Shown here one piece after another: positions 25,153-36,695 of a stretch of DNA of 49,825 nucleotides. Source of the stretch: Octopus sinensis. Taxonomy: Eukaryota. Location: the NCBI RefSeq assembly GCF_006345805.1, contig NW_021834381.1:1-49825 (forward strand). The letters are read 5' to 3'. A program made the position numbers and the translations under genes. The notes beneath the pieces were generated by a model, which saw only the letters and a list, made by a program, of their open reading frames with translations, was not told where the DNA came from and made no database searches. Position 1 is the first letter of the stretch. Each line of letters starts with the position of its first letter.

Positions 25153-26283
25153 ATTTTTGTCTTTTGCAACAAAGTACTTGAAGAAATTTGATGACTGTAC
25201 AGAAAGAAGATATGGGGTTGGAATTGCAAGTGAAACATGTAAAAAAAGAATAACAAGGCCAATAGATATAATGAAATTGCAATGAAGAAAATTCCCCGAT
25301 AGGGATCCCCATTATTGAAACCTCAAAGCATTTGGACATCTTTCACCATGAGAGCAAGTACCTCCTGCCACCCAAATCTTGTTTTCCTGCTTATATATTC
25401 AGAAGCTGCCTGTTCTGGCAGGCCACATCCATTAATCTCAACCCATCTTTCAACGTATTTTTGGGGATGCAAAAACTCCCGTTCCATTCACAGCATCTTT
25501 TCAAGTGAATCTTGAAGATAATAAAGGTGGGATTGGCCAAAGGGGAAAATATTGCTCTTCAGTCCTTTTCATTTTGTCGACCAAATAACATCTTTTGCCA
25601 CATCTACTGAGCAGACAAAAACTGCCTGCTGCTCTTCCTAGCCAAATGAAAACAGCATAGTGAACCCTACACTGAATTCAGCTGATGGATGGTTCCGTTC
25701 TAACATGCAATTTCACAAGTCAGCAAGGCACCTGTTCCCAGTCTAGGAATATTTATGTATGCCATAATCTCAACACTTGTCCACACCATCAGTTACACCA
25801 TACCCAACCCTGGCCTCAAAAATCTTATGTTAGGCCTCACAGAGGCAATGACAAATGACCAAGGCTTTCGGCAATATGCTGTGTTTGAGAAAAAGACCCA
25901 TTGAGCCAAGTGAAATTGTAGTGATGGCAGATATTGGTGTCATGCAAGTGGTACCAGTGCTGGTGGCACATAAAAGTACCCATTACACTCTTGGAGTTCT
26001 TTGTGGTAGAAAAGACATCCAGACTTCGACAGCAGATGGATCATATGACCTGTGAACTGCATTCTCTCCACAAAAAGCAAAATACTAGATATTCTAGTCT
26101 GGTCGGATGAGAGCTGGAACAAACCCGACACAAGTAGAAATAAAATGGAGGTGATACAGGTATTTACCTTCTTTCATAGAGAGCTCCATTACAGCTGGTT
26201 TCTAGGTAAGACTGACCATCATACTTGCAAACTTGTTCCAGTTCCTATCTACCAGATTTAGACCATATTAAACTCTAAATATT

Positions 26284-26600
26284 TTAGCCAGTGCATCTAT
26301 CCGGTGACCAACAACTTTGATGGATGGCATGGACTAGTTTGTCCAGGTGCTGAGCTGTAACTTCCTTGACATGACCTAAATAACTTTTGGTCATCTCCTC
26401 ATTTTCTATTCCCTTAAATTGGCACTGAATCATCTTGATATCTCCTGTGTCCATCACAATCACACCGGTGTCATCCACATATGCTGACCCAAAATTTCTG
26501 TGTACCAATTTGAGTAGGAACCTCTCAACATGAACTTTTTTCAGCAGTGACTCTATCATCAATCCATAAGTGATGAAGGAGAGTATCTATCATTGAAGGT
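26284..26600 (-). mobile_element. Degenerate R4/Dong-like (RLE) non-LTR fragment
   Basis: KVHVERFLLKLVHRNFGSAYVDD resembles the post-RT K.DV.RLY..R..GGRGL motif; heavily decayed. Confidence 0.4.
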
Positions 26601-26967
26601 GAAACAATGTGAGAAGAAAAGGTCTTAATGGGTGGAAACTGACCCTGACCATTGAGTAGATAGATACCATTTGACATTGCAGTGATTATAGGTTCTGAAG
26701 GCTAGACCAAAACTGGCTGCCCTAAGGACAGTGGCCATCTAATGAAAGTTGACCCTATGAGTGATGTCCCTCGGTACACTGCCTCATGAAGATCACTGCT
26801 AGCTCTCACTGCACATGCAACTGTGTGCTGCCATCTGTTGGCATCTGTTGGCACACTAAAGAAATAGTCTGGGAATAATTTAATACATCCTCATAACTTA
26901 ATAAATAAAAAAAATATAATATAAATGATGATAATGATAATGATGAATATAATATAGTATGATATAA

Positions 26968-27038
<71 letters not shown>

Positions 27039-27067
27039 TATAATATAATAAATGAAGGAATGCTTAC

Positions 27068-27179
27068 ATTCTTAGATGGATCTTAGCTTTGACCAAGTTT
27101 ATCCTATGAAAGTTTACGTGCTTAATACAAGATTCTTTTTGGTACATTTCTGCATCATAAATCTTCTTCAGACTTCTTT
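27068..27179 (-). CDS. STAND-TPR gene exon (TPR-like; absent from ORF track)
   Basis: ttcgttacAG|AAAGA ... AGAAT|gtaagc; phase 1 to 2; RSLKKIYDAEMYQKESCIKHVNFHRINLVKAKIHLR; its phase joins the 29775 exon to the 10533 exon. Confidence 0.82.
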
Positions 27180-27220
27180 CTGTAACGAAATCAGGTTATT
27201 GAAATTGGATTAGTATTAGA

Positions 27221-27251
<31 letters not shown>

Positions 27252-27266
27252 CGTGTGTGTGTGTGT

Positions 27267-27315
<49 letters not shown>

Positions 27316-27539
27316 TGGGTTCTCTTGTCGTGAACAACAAATGAGGACCCAGTAAAATAAAGTATTACTCATGTTCTGTGGACACGAGCGAGTCTCTTGA
27401 GGTCATCTGGTGCCTTGCAAACCTTTTGGTGAATGGGACAAGTTGAGCATTCAGTTTGGTTGAGTGCTTGTGAATCCTTCACAGTGCGTTTTCTTGGGTG
27501 GACAGCAAAACCTGCTTTGCTTCATGTCACAAAACCTCA

Positions 27540-27695
27540 GTGACAGGTAAGGTGGTGGCTTGTTCAAAGCAAAAACTTCAAAGCACTGAGACTTTGGTGC
27601 AAACAGTTCAAGATTCACTCTTTGCAGATGATTGTGCACACATTCTTGAGGACATGCAATGGATTCTAAACAACTTCTCACATGCATGCACAGTT
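27540..27695 (+). mobile_element. BovB-like RT fragment
   Basis: LVQTVQDSLFADDCAHILEDMQWILNNFSHAC (RT FADD motif). Confidence 0.65.
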
Positions 27696-27960
27696 AAGGA
27701 CACACACACACACACACACACACACAGATACTGATGCAAACGCATGCATAGATACGGATATATACATTAAAAAAGACAGAATGAACTAAACAGAACAGGA
27801 GGGGGACACATGGGATGGAAAGTCACTGAAGAGGTCACAGGTGTGTGATGGAACATAAACTAAGAACAGTTATAAACAAGTGTAGAATGAATGTATAGTG
27901 TATGTGTTTATTTAGCAAGAAAACAAAAATGGCTATCCTGAAATATAACAATATATATAT

Positions 27961-28344
27961 TCTTTTACTCGTTTCAGTCATTTGACTGCGGCCATGCTGG
28001 AGCACCGCCTTTAGTCGAGCAAATCAATCCCAGGACTTATTCTTTGTAAGCCCAATACTTATTCTATCAGTCTCTTTTGCCGAACCGCTAAGTGACGGGG
28101 ACGTAAACACACCAGCATCGGTTGTCAAGCAATGCTAGAGGGACAAACACACACACACACACACATACATATATATATACATATATACGACAGGTTTCTT
28201 TCAGTTTCCGTCTACCAAATCCACTCACAAGGCATTGGTCGGCCCGGGGCTATAGCAGAAGACACTTGCCACGCAGTGGGACTGAACCCGGAACCATGTG
28301 GTTGGTTAGCAAGCTACTTGCCACACAGCCACTCCTGCGCCTAT
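27961..28344 (-). mobile_element. SINE family A, full-length young copy
   Basis: Near-identical to 14325-14744 with a small internal deletion. Confidence 0.88.
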
Positions 28345-29627
28345 ATACATACATATATATTGTCAGTCGTTCATATATCTAGAAAAGAGCCATACTCTAA
28401 AACATTAGAGCAGTAATATTTTTTTTTAGGTAGTTAAAAGTTATGGCCAGTCATAGAGTGACCATTGGCTTCACACCTGTAAAGCACTTAGCAGTATAGG
28501 TAACACGTGAAACTCAAATGGCTGAAGGTGCTTAACCTCTCTACCATTACAGGAAGAAATACTTGTATGTAGTGGTCAGTTAGTTTGTAAACAGAAAACA
28601 TGAATGCCCATGGTGCAGGAAGAACAGGCTTATCCCCCATACATCGGATCCAGCCCTGGTGATATTCAAAGAAGTTGCAGTGAGTCTATTTAATGAACAG
28701 GAACTCCAAGTTTGAGTAGGAAATGTTTTAGATGAGGGCATTGACTGAATACCTCTTTTCTGGATTTTAAAAAAGGTCTCCAAGTGTTTTAGGATTCTTG
28801 CCTTCTCTGCTAAACAAAGCTTACATTGCTTGCTCCCATTTATATAAGTCCCCAGTTGTTCAAGGAGCTACCATTTAATTATGTATGGGGTTCATCCCTC
28901 TTTTAAGTGCCACATATGGAACTTAAAAGAGAAAGGACCCCTATACATAATTGAATACTTTTTCATTAGAATTATTAGTTTTCCTGAGCCTATGTATAAA
29001 TGTTAATGTATGTATATTGGTATTAGATATCTTGCTTCAGTTTGTCTCTAAATCTTGTGAATAAGATAGAGATGCTTTATGAGGCATAGGGCAAGTTTTG
29101 TTGGAGCTAAAATTTTGCACAGGAATTGCTTTGTCAGTGATGGTCATACTACCATACTCATCTACAAGTTGATACTCACCATGTATGTATGTATGTCATT
29201 ATTCAGTTTTATTTCAAGATTTCTAGCCAATAGAGAAAGAGCTGGTTTCTAACCTAGATCCAAGGATCCTTCATTGAAATTTGAACATCAACAACAGGAT
29301 ATTTTTGTTTGTATGTATGCATGCATGAATGTATTCGTGTATGTATGTATGTATGTATGTATGTATGTATGTATGTATGTATGCATGTATGTGTGTATGT
29401 ATGTATATGTGCAGATTTGTATGATTTGTTTTATGTATGTATTCTCATGAATATAGTTGCATATCTAGACATGCTCATATATATTTAAATAATAAACTTC
29501 TAGAAAGTTTTACAGATTTTTACAGTTCCAGTGATGGATTGGATCTGTAGTCTTCGAATTAGCGTTCCCCTTACCGATTTTGAGAAGCCTAATTTCTCAA
29601 GATTGGTATGTATGTATGTATGTATGT

Positions 29628-29659
<32 letters not shown>

Positions 29660-29774
29660 TTGTATGTATGTATGTATGTATGTATGTATGTATGTATGTA
29701 TGTATGAATGCATGCATGCATGCCTTGAATGAAGAGGCAGTAGTAGAGATATAAAGTAAACAAATAGCCCTTAC

Positions 29775-29912
29775 TATGCTCTCTTTTCAAGTCGGATTCC
29801 AGGTCAGCAATGTAGCACATAGGTACTACCCATCGGTTCTTCTCCAGAAGATTGTTTTTTAACACTGCCAAAGATTTTTTGTAGAGATCTAAGGCAAAAT
29901 CTTTATAACCTT
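29775..29912 (-). CDS. STAND-TPR gene exon (TPR-like)
   Basis: tttcattcAG|AAGGT ... GCATA|gtaagg; phase 1 to 1; GYKDFALDLYKKSLAVLKNNLLEKNRWVVPMCYIADLESDLKREH. Confidence 0.82.
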
Positions 29913-30060
29913 CTGAATGAAACAAAACAGCAGCAATAAAAATAAAGACAAATAGGATAAAAACAACAACAATGAAAATACAAACACAACTACTATGGAA
30001 ACATCATCATCGTCGTCGTCATCATGTAATGTGTGTTTTTCATGCTGGCATGAGTTGGAT

Positions 30061-30454
30061 GGCGGCGAGCTGGCAGAAACGTTAGCATGCCAGGTGAAAT
30101 GCGTTACGTTGTGAGTTCAAATTCCGCCGAGGTTGACTTTGCCTTTCATCCTTTCGGGGTCGATAAATTAAGTACCAGTTACGCACTGGGGTCGATGTAA
30201 TCGACTTAATACCCATGTCTGTCCTTGTTTGTCCCCTCTGTGTTTAGCCCCTTGTGGGTAATAAAGAAATAGGTATTTCGCCTGCCGCTACATTCTGAGT
30301 TCAAATTCCGCTGAGGTCGACTTTGCCTTTCATCCTTTCAGGGTCGGTTAAATAAGTACCAGTTACACACTGGGGTCGATATAATCGACTTAATCCGTTT
30401 GTCTGTCCTTGTTTGTCCACTCTGTGTTTAGCCCCTTGTGGGTAGTAAAGAAAC
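30061..30454 (+). mobile_element. SINE family B partial dimer nested in an RTE 3' end
   Basis: Two consecutive bodies (about 30061-30273 and 30274-30454); the RTE tail at 30002-30060 resumes at about 30455-30660. Confidence 0.8.
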
Positions 30455-31020
30455 AGGTTTGACTGAAAACTGATAAGCTGGGGACCTGCACCAGATTCCA
30501 GCCTGATTTGGCATGGTTTCTACAGATGGATGCTTTTCCTAATGCCAACCACTCCAAGAATATGGTGGGTGCTTTTTACATGCAACTGGCACAGCTGCCA
30601 ACTATGCAACACTAGCATCAGTCACAACAACGATCTCGCTCAGTTTGATGGGTCTTCTTGATGTTACTTGAAGTCAATTTATTCTTTTCTATTCTAATCT
30701 GGATCTATCTGACCAAACCCAGGGAAACCAGATGTCAATGTTTATATACTCAACTGATCCAATGGCCTCAGTGAACTGGGACTACTAATGTGCATATCAT
30801 AAGTGTTCTTAGCCCTTTATTTAATATCAGGAGCCTGTAATTATATTTATGCATGCAATGGTGTGTATTTATTAATAAAAGTTTGATCCAATGAAAATTA
30901 TCACAATAATTTTGGGAGGATAATCTCAAAATTTGATATTGTTAAATACAGGAAATTCATCAATATAGCTTGAGCAATTGGAATATAGAAAGAGAAGTAA
31001 AAATCACATATTGGACTTAC

Positions 31021-31134
31021 TTAGGTAATATGACCAAGCTAGTGTACTTATGATTATGCCAAAAGTTGGGTGAGATGGGCAGACTGGATCCGCCACTAAT
31101 TCATCTGTAATTGCAATCCCTTTGGCAATAAGGC
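31021..31134 (-). CDS. STAND-TPR gene exon (TPR-like; absent from ORF track)
   Basis: ctattttAG|GCCTT ... CCTAA|gtaagt; phase 1 to 1; open frame LIAKGIAITDELVADPVCPSHPTFGIIISTLAWSYYL, with the HP linker typical of TPR_12-type repeats. Confidence 0.82.
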
Positions 31135-31199
31135 CTAAAATAGATTAGATACAGTATATATTAAACATACACATACATGCATATATTATATATTAATAC

Positions 31200-31239
<40 letters not shown>

Positions 31240-31286
31240 AAGATTTTCCCTTGTAAACTGTTCTTAACATTTCTTATTATCAAAGA

Positions 31287-31441
31287 ATCATCATCATCAT
31301 CATCATCATCATCATTTAACGTCCGCTTTCCATGCTAGCATGGGTTGGACGGTTCAACTGGGGTCTGGGGAGCCCGAAAGCTGCACCAGTCCAGTCAGAT
31401 CTGGCAGTGTTTCTACAGCTGGATGCCCTTCCTAACGCCAA
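31287..31441 (-). mobile_element. Short RTE 3' end
   Basis: (CAT)n tail plus ggatgcccttcctaacgcc motif. Confidence 0.8.
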
Positions 31442-32342
31442 AGAATGTATATATATATATTGTAATATTTTGTGACAACCAGTACCTAACACAACCAAGT
31501 TTTTACATGTTACTTTTGACAATCTTTTTCTAAAAAAGTGAAAACGGTCAAGTAAATAAACATCTTTTAAAATTGCATTTTCAAATCTTCTTTCATATAT
31601 ATATATATACATATATTAATATATTAATAATGCTTAGGGTTTTAACATGTATAGATAAATAGATAGAAACAGATCAATATCTATAGGTCCAAGAATTCCA
31701 CCACACTACTTGATTAGAAATCTGAAATTTATAGCAAATGCAAGCACATGGCCAAGTTTCTTTTAGTCAAACTGGAGGATAGCTCCCAGCCCGCATTTAG
31801 TAGCTATCTCACAGACTTTGGCTTCATTTCTGTTATATTATTTTATATTATTCTACATCAGCTAGATTAATTAGGATTTCTATGGACAAAAAGAAAAAAG
31901 ATCTTGGTTTTCTTATTTTTCTTTTTCTTCTTCTCATTCCACTTTTTGCATCAGCCTTCTTAGTGTTTTTCTTCTAGTTTCTTTCCCCCCGAGTTTTCTC
32001 ATATACAAATGTCCTTGTTTTTAAATATATCCTATGATATGCACTGAGTCTGGAAGATTACTTGGAGATACAAGGCATATATAAATCTGTCAATTTATTT
32101 TGAGCATGAAGCTATTCATGGCTCTTTTGTAAAATGTGTGTATTAAATGATAAATTATATATATAAATTATATAATTAATAAATTATATAATTAATAGAT
32201 TTTTTGGCTAATTTTGAAATTAAATCAGCAGTTTATATTTACTGCTGAGTAAACCGCGCGAGCGTGGTGGATTTTGAAAATTTATAGCATATAGACTCGA
32301 GGCATGTTAATCATCGCCTCGTGGATATATGTTAGTCCTTGG

Positions 32343-32427
32343 CTTTTCTGCTGATGAGGCAATGCCAGTGGTAAATAAATTTATTTATTTACAAAAGATT
32401 GCCGAAACTATGCATAGTCCAGAAAGG
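32343..32427 (+). ncRNA. Type I hammerhead ribozyme, canonical core
   Basis: Stem I CUUUUCUG/CAGAAAGG, CUGAUGA, stem II GGCAAU/AUUGCC, GAAA, palindromic stem III CUAUGCAUAG, GUC site (cleavage after 32419). Confidence 0.85.
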
Positions 32428-32549
32428 AGGGGGTAAACGTTTTTATTTCCATTTCCATTTCAGAATTACAACTATTAGTGGTTTGGAGTTTGGCTGCTCT
32501 TTCTAGTGAGTCGGATGTCCTATTATGGCCATCCCTTATATGTTTGAAT

Positions 32550-32582
<33 letters not shown>

Positions 32583-32588
<6 letters not shown>

Positions 32589-33110
32589 CAAAGCTATCAG
32601 GAGGCGTTCGATGCTTCCTAGGGCTATACAGCGGTGGTGTACCCCCTACTGTCACGTTCTTGTTAGATTGACAGTATACAACCATTCTATCGCCCCACCA
32701 CCGTACATGTCTCTACGAGAGATTTAGAAATTCAATATTTCTTATTTTGATAATCAGTGAATAGACTTCACTGAGTTTACATATATACAATTACAAAGTC
32801 GAGGCAAATATCACCAGCTGACCGGTGTCTGCTACTCTAGGCCGATGAAGGACAATGATCCTGAAACACGGTGTCCCTAGATGCAGTTCCGGCGGCCGGG
32901 GTTGTTTGTCTCCCCTTCGTATATGTATATAAGGACACAGGGAAAAAATGTGTCAAAGCTATCAGGAGGCGTTCGATACTTCCTAGGGCTATACAGCGGT
33001 GGTGTACCCCCTACTGTCACGTTCTTGTTAGATTGACAGTATACAACAATTCTATCGCCCCACCACCGTACATGTCTCTACGAGAGATTTAGAAATTCAA
33101 TATTTCTTAT
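32583..33110 (+). mobile_element. Retrozyme-like or Penelope pLTR partial tandem (365-bp period)
   Basis: 163-bp direct repeats at 32583-32745 and 32948-33110; hammerhead in the unique spacer; (TA)n on both sides. Confidence 0.75.
32836..32881 (+). ncRNA. Minimal type I hammerhead ribozyme (U4C variant)
   Basis: UCUAGG/CCUAGA stem I, CCGAUGA, AGGA/UCCU stem II, GAAA, ACAC-G-GUGU stem III, GUC site (cleavage after 32875). Confidence 0.72.
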
Positions 33111-33419
33111 ATATATATATATATATATATAAATATAAATACATAAATACAAATATATATATATATATAAATTATATATATAAACTAACAAGACACTAAT
33201 CCCTTCAAGAAAACGACCCTGTTTGATATTGATAAGAGGTGTAGGTAGAAGTTCCATATGGTATACTCAGTGCAGATTATGGACATATAAGTGGTATAAT
33301 GGAATAGTAAAAAAGGCTCACAGAGAAATACTTTGTTTGTGGTAGTTGTGTAGGTGTAATAAACACTCAAAGCTTATGAAAAATAGATTTTCTGAAGTGC
33401 TCAGGCAGATCTCTAGAAT

Positions 33420-33890
33420 TAGCAGATGGTTTTTGTTGTCTAAGTGACCTAATTAGCAGTGGAGGAGGATGTTCTGAAAGCTTAATTGCTAGAATAAGAA
33501 CAAGCTGGACAAAGTTAAGAGAAATTTACATCTGTTTGTAACATAAGAGCTTCCAGAGTGAAAGGCAGAATGCATGATGCTTGTGTATGAACAATAATAA
33601 TTCATGGTTGTGAAACTTGGGCCATGAATGTAGAGAACATGTGAAAATTACAAAAAATAAGGCTAGCATTTCCCAATGGATGTGCAATGTTGATATGCGT
33701 GTGCAATGAGGAAAAAATTGGACATTAGAAGCATCAAGTATAGTGTACCCGAGGAAGTCACACTGGTATGGTCATTTGATGCAGACAAATGAGGACAGCT
33801 GCATAGAGAGGTGCTGATCCCTAAATGTGGATGAAATCTGAGGAAGAGGGAGACCGAGGAATATTTGGAATGAACTGGTGAAAACCCTTT
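33420..33890 (+). mobile_element. Old RTE ORF2 C-terminal fragment
   Basis: Decayed homologue of 34520-35000 (GGGCSES..ARI, HG.ETWA, LHWYGH-like segments). Confidence 0.65.
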
Positions 33891-35265
33891 GACAGGGTCC
33901 CCCAATCCCTTATATGGTGGTCAATGTGGAAACTAGGGATAGACAAGTGGTTAGTGAGAGCTGCACAAGCCATGCTCAGGAACACGACCAGTAAGGTGAG
34001 AGTTGGCAACGAGTACAGTGAAGAATTCAGTGTACAAGTAGGGGTGTACCAAGGACTGGTCCTCAGCTCCCCCTTGTTCATCATAGTCCTCCAGGCAATA
34101 ACAGAGGAATTTAGGACAAGCTGCCCCTGGGAGCTCCTCTGTGCTGATGACCTTGTTCTTATAGCTGAATCACAACCAGAACTAGAGAAGTTCCAGGTAT
34201 GGAATTGAAGGGCCTTAGAGTTAACTTAGCAAAAACCAGTCTTAGTAAGCTGGAAGACAGACAAATCACAAATCCCTTCAGGTAGATGACCCTAATCAAC
34301 CTGTAGAAAATGCATAAGTACAAACTCCATAAGATGTACTTGGTGTAAGCTATGGACACATAAGAAGTGCAGCAATATCAGAGGAAGGTTAACAGGGAAA
34401 ATCGCTTTTGTGTGTGGAAGATGTACAGGTAAAATAAACACCGAAAATGCACAGAAAACAGATTCCATCAACTGCCCGGTGGGGGGCAGCTAGAGGTAGT
34501 AGATAGCTTCTGTTATCTAGGTGACCAAGATAGTAGCGGATGTGGATGAGCCAAGAGCGTAGCTATGAAAATAAGATTTGGCTGGGCAAAGTTCAGAGAG
34601 CTCCTATTCTACTGGTAACAAAGGGCCTCTCTCTCTCAGAGTGAAAGGCAATTTGTGTGATGCCTGTATGTGAACAGTTTTATGCTGTATGGCAGTGAAA
34701 TATGGGCTGTGACAGTTGAGGACATGCATAGGTTTGAAAGAAATGAAGCCAGTATGCTTCGTTGGGTGTGTAATATCAGTGTGAATGTTCATAAGAGTGT
34801 AAGCATCTTGAGAGAAAAGTTGATAATAAGAGGCATCAGATGTGGTGTGTAAGAGAGATGACTGCACTGGTATGGTCATGTGATGCATATGGACAAAGAC
34901 CACAGTGTAAAGAAGAGCTGTTCTCTGAGTGTGGAGGGAACCTGGTGTAGAGGTAGACCCAGGAAGACATGGGACGAAGTGGTGAAGCATGATTTTCAAA
35001 CTTTGGGCCTCACAGATGCAATGACTAGTGACTGAGACCTTTGGCAATGTGCTGTGCTCGAGAGGACCAGTTGATCTAAGTGAAATCACAGTCATGGCAG
35101 GTGCTGGTGTCACATTACTGGCATCCACGCCAGTGGGACGTAAAAAGCACCTTTCAAGCGTTCAGCCTCATGGAGACAATGACCAAGACCTTTGGCATTT
35201 TATCATGCTTAAGAAGAAGACCCATCAAACCAAGCAAAACCACAGCCATTGTGACAGATACTAGT
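33890..35265 (+). mobile_element. 5'-truncated RTE LINE (RT domain to 3'UTR)
   Basis: KLGIDKWLVRA...VGVYQGLVLSSPLFIIVLQAITEEF..CPWELLCADDLVL, Cys cluster and LYGSEIWAVT, then a 3'UTR; frameshifted. Confidence 0.85.
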
Positions 35266-35458
35266 GTCACACAAATGGCACCCATGCTGCCTATTTTTAA
35301 TTATTGTCGTTATTGGTATGGGGTTAGGATTAGGTTTTTTATTCATTTGCCTGCTTTCCCCTTTGTGTTAAAGTGAAAACTTGTGGTTTGTCACTTTGAC
35401 TGCTATATACACATATATCTATATATGTACACATATATCTATATATGTACATATATAT

Positions 35459-35760
35459 GTGGAGGCGCAATGGCCTAGTGGTTAGGGCAGCAGACTCGCG
35501 GTCGCAGGATCGTGGTTTCGATTTCCAAACCGGGCGTTGTGAGTGTTTATTGAGCAAAAACACCTAAAAGCTCCATGGGGCTCCGGCAGGGGGTGGTGAT
35601 CCCTGCTGTACTCTTTCACCACTCTTTCTCCCACTCTTTCTTCTGTTGGCCTGCTCGCTTAGCCAGCAGGGTGGCATCATTTGAAGGCTAAAACAATGCG
35701 AATGCATTGTGACCAGCGATGTGTAACAACATCTGATGGTCTGGTCGGTCACGTGATCAC
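35459..35760 (+). mobile_element. SINE with family C head and an alternative body
   Basis: Head identical in type to 19089; body ggcctgctcgcttagccagc...ctggtcggtcacgtgatc, whose 3' part recurs inverted and tandemly at about 36692-36810 and 36837-36955. Confidence 0.8.
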
Positions 35761-35811
35761 ATGACATATATATTGGAACCTCACAGTACGAGTGCTCCAT
35801 TGTATGAGTAA

Positions 35812-36323
35812 CTAGCAGTATCGCCCGACGTTGCTCGGGTTTGTAAGGGAAATAACTATATAAGCATTTTTAGAGAGTTACTTCCCTTATAGATGCCAAT
35901 TTGGGCTTTCTTAGCCATTTCTGTTTTGGTGTCTTCAAGCCATGAAGTTGTTGTTCTAAAAGAACAATGGTCTCCTTGACAACGCTTTACGACGTTAATT
36001 TCCTTAAACTCCCTTCCCCACAGCTTCACGAGGGAGGGAAGAAGGGGGAGAAGCAAACAGGTGCAGGTGTGAGATGGACGCCAACTCCGCCGCCATCGAC
36101 ACACGAAAAATTATGCATTAAAATGGAATAAAAAATTATGTTAAATTATTTTTAAAATCGTAGACTCATCGTAGATGCGCGCTAATACTCAGACGGGCTC
36201 GATATGAATCACGATTATAAGATACCCGAATTTGGTTAAACTGCACTGCAAAATGTGGGAGTAGTTAGAAATCTAAATCGAAGGGGACAGACACTCACAC
36301 AACTACAGTTTTATATATATAGA
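35812..36323 (-). mobile_element. Non-autonomous Helitron, 512 bp, intact ends
   Basis: Minus strand A|TCTATATATATAAAA ... CCCGAGCAACGTCGGG ... CTAG|T; same family as 17124-17430. Confidence 0.85.
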
Positions 36324-36659
36324 TTTGCTGTATGAGCTGAGACTCATGTGAATTTTTGTCTTGAAATATGATCGGAAATCCACAGTACAAGCAAATAAAT
36401 CGTCCCATCTTCTAAGGTGATTCAGTTAATAAAACTAGTTTACATATTTATTTTGCATTCTCCTTTTTATAATTGTCATTTTACTTGTAACTACACCTTT
36501 TCTGTTTCAAAACTCATAAAAAATTATTTTTGAGCGGTTTGGGGTGGGGTGATTCATTCTATTTTAGTTAATTTCAATGGGGAGAATTGATTTCTAAAAT
36601 GTGTAAATTGTAAGACGAGCTCAGTCATGGAACAAATTAAACTCATACTGTAAGGTATC

Positions 36660-36695
<36 letters not shown>

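Noticed and set aside
26822-26852. gctgccatctgttggc CTCF-like motif, partly duplicated
   Set aside because: A single short motif match cannot be supported without binding data.
29722-29774. Longer exon ending at a GC donor (CAAG|gcatgc), adding SKGYLFTLYLYYCLFIQ
   Set aside because: A canonical GTAAGG donor of the same phase lies upstream and gives better TPR spacing.
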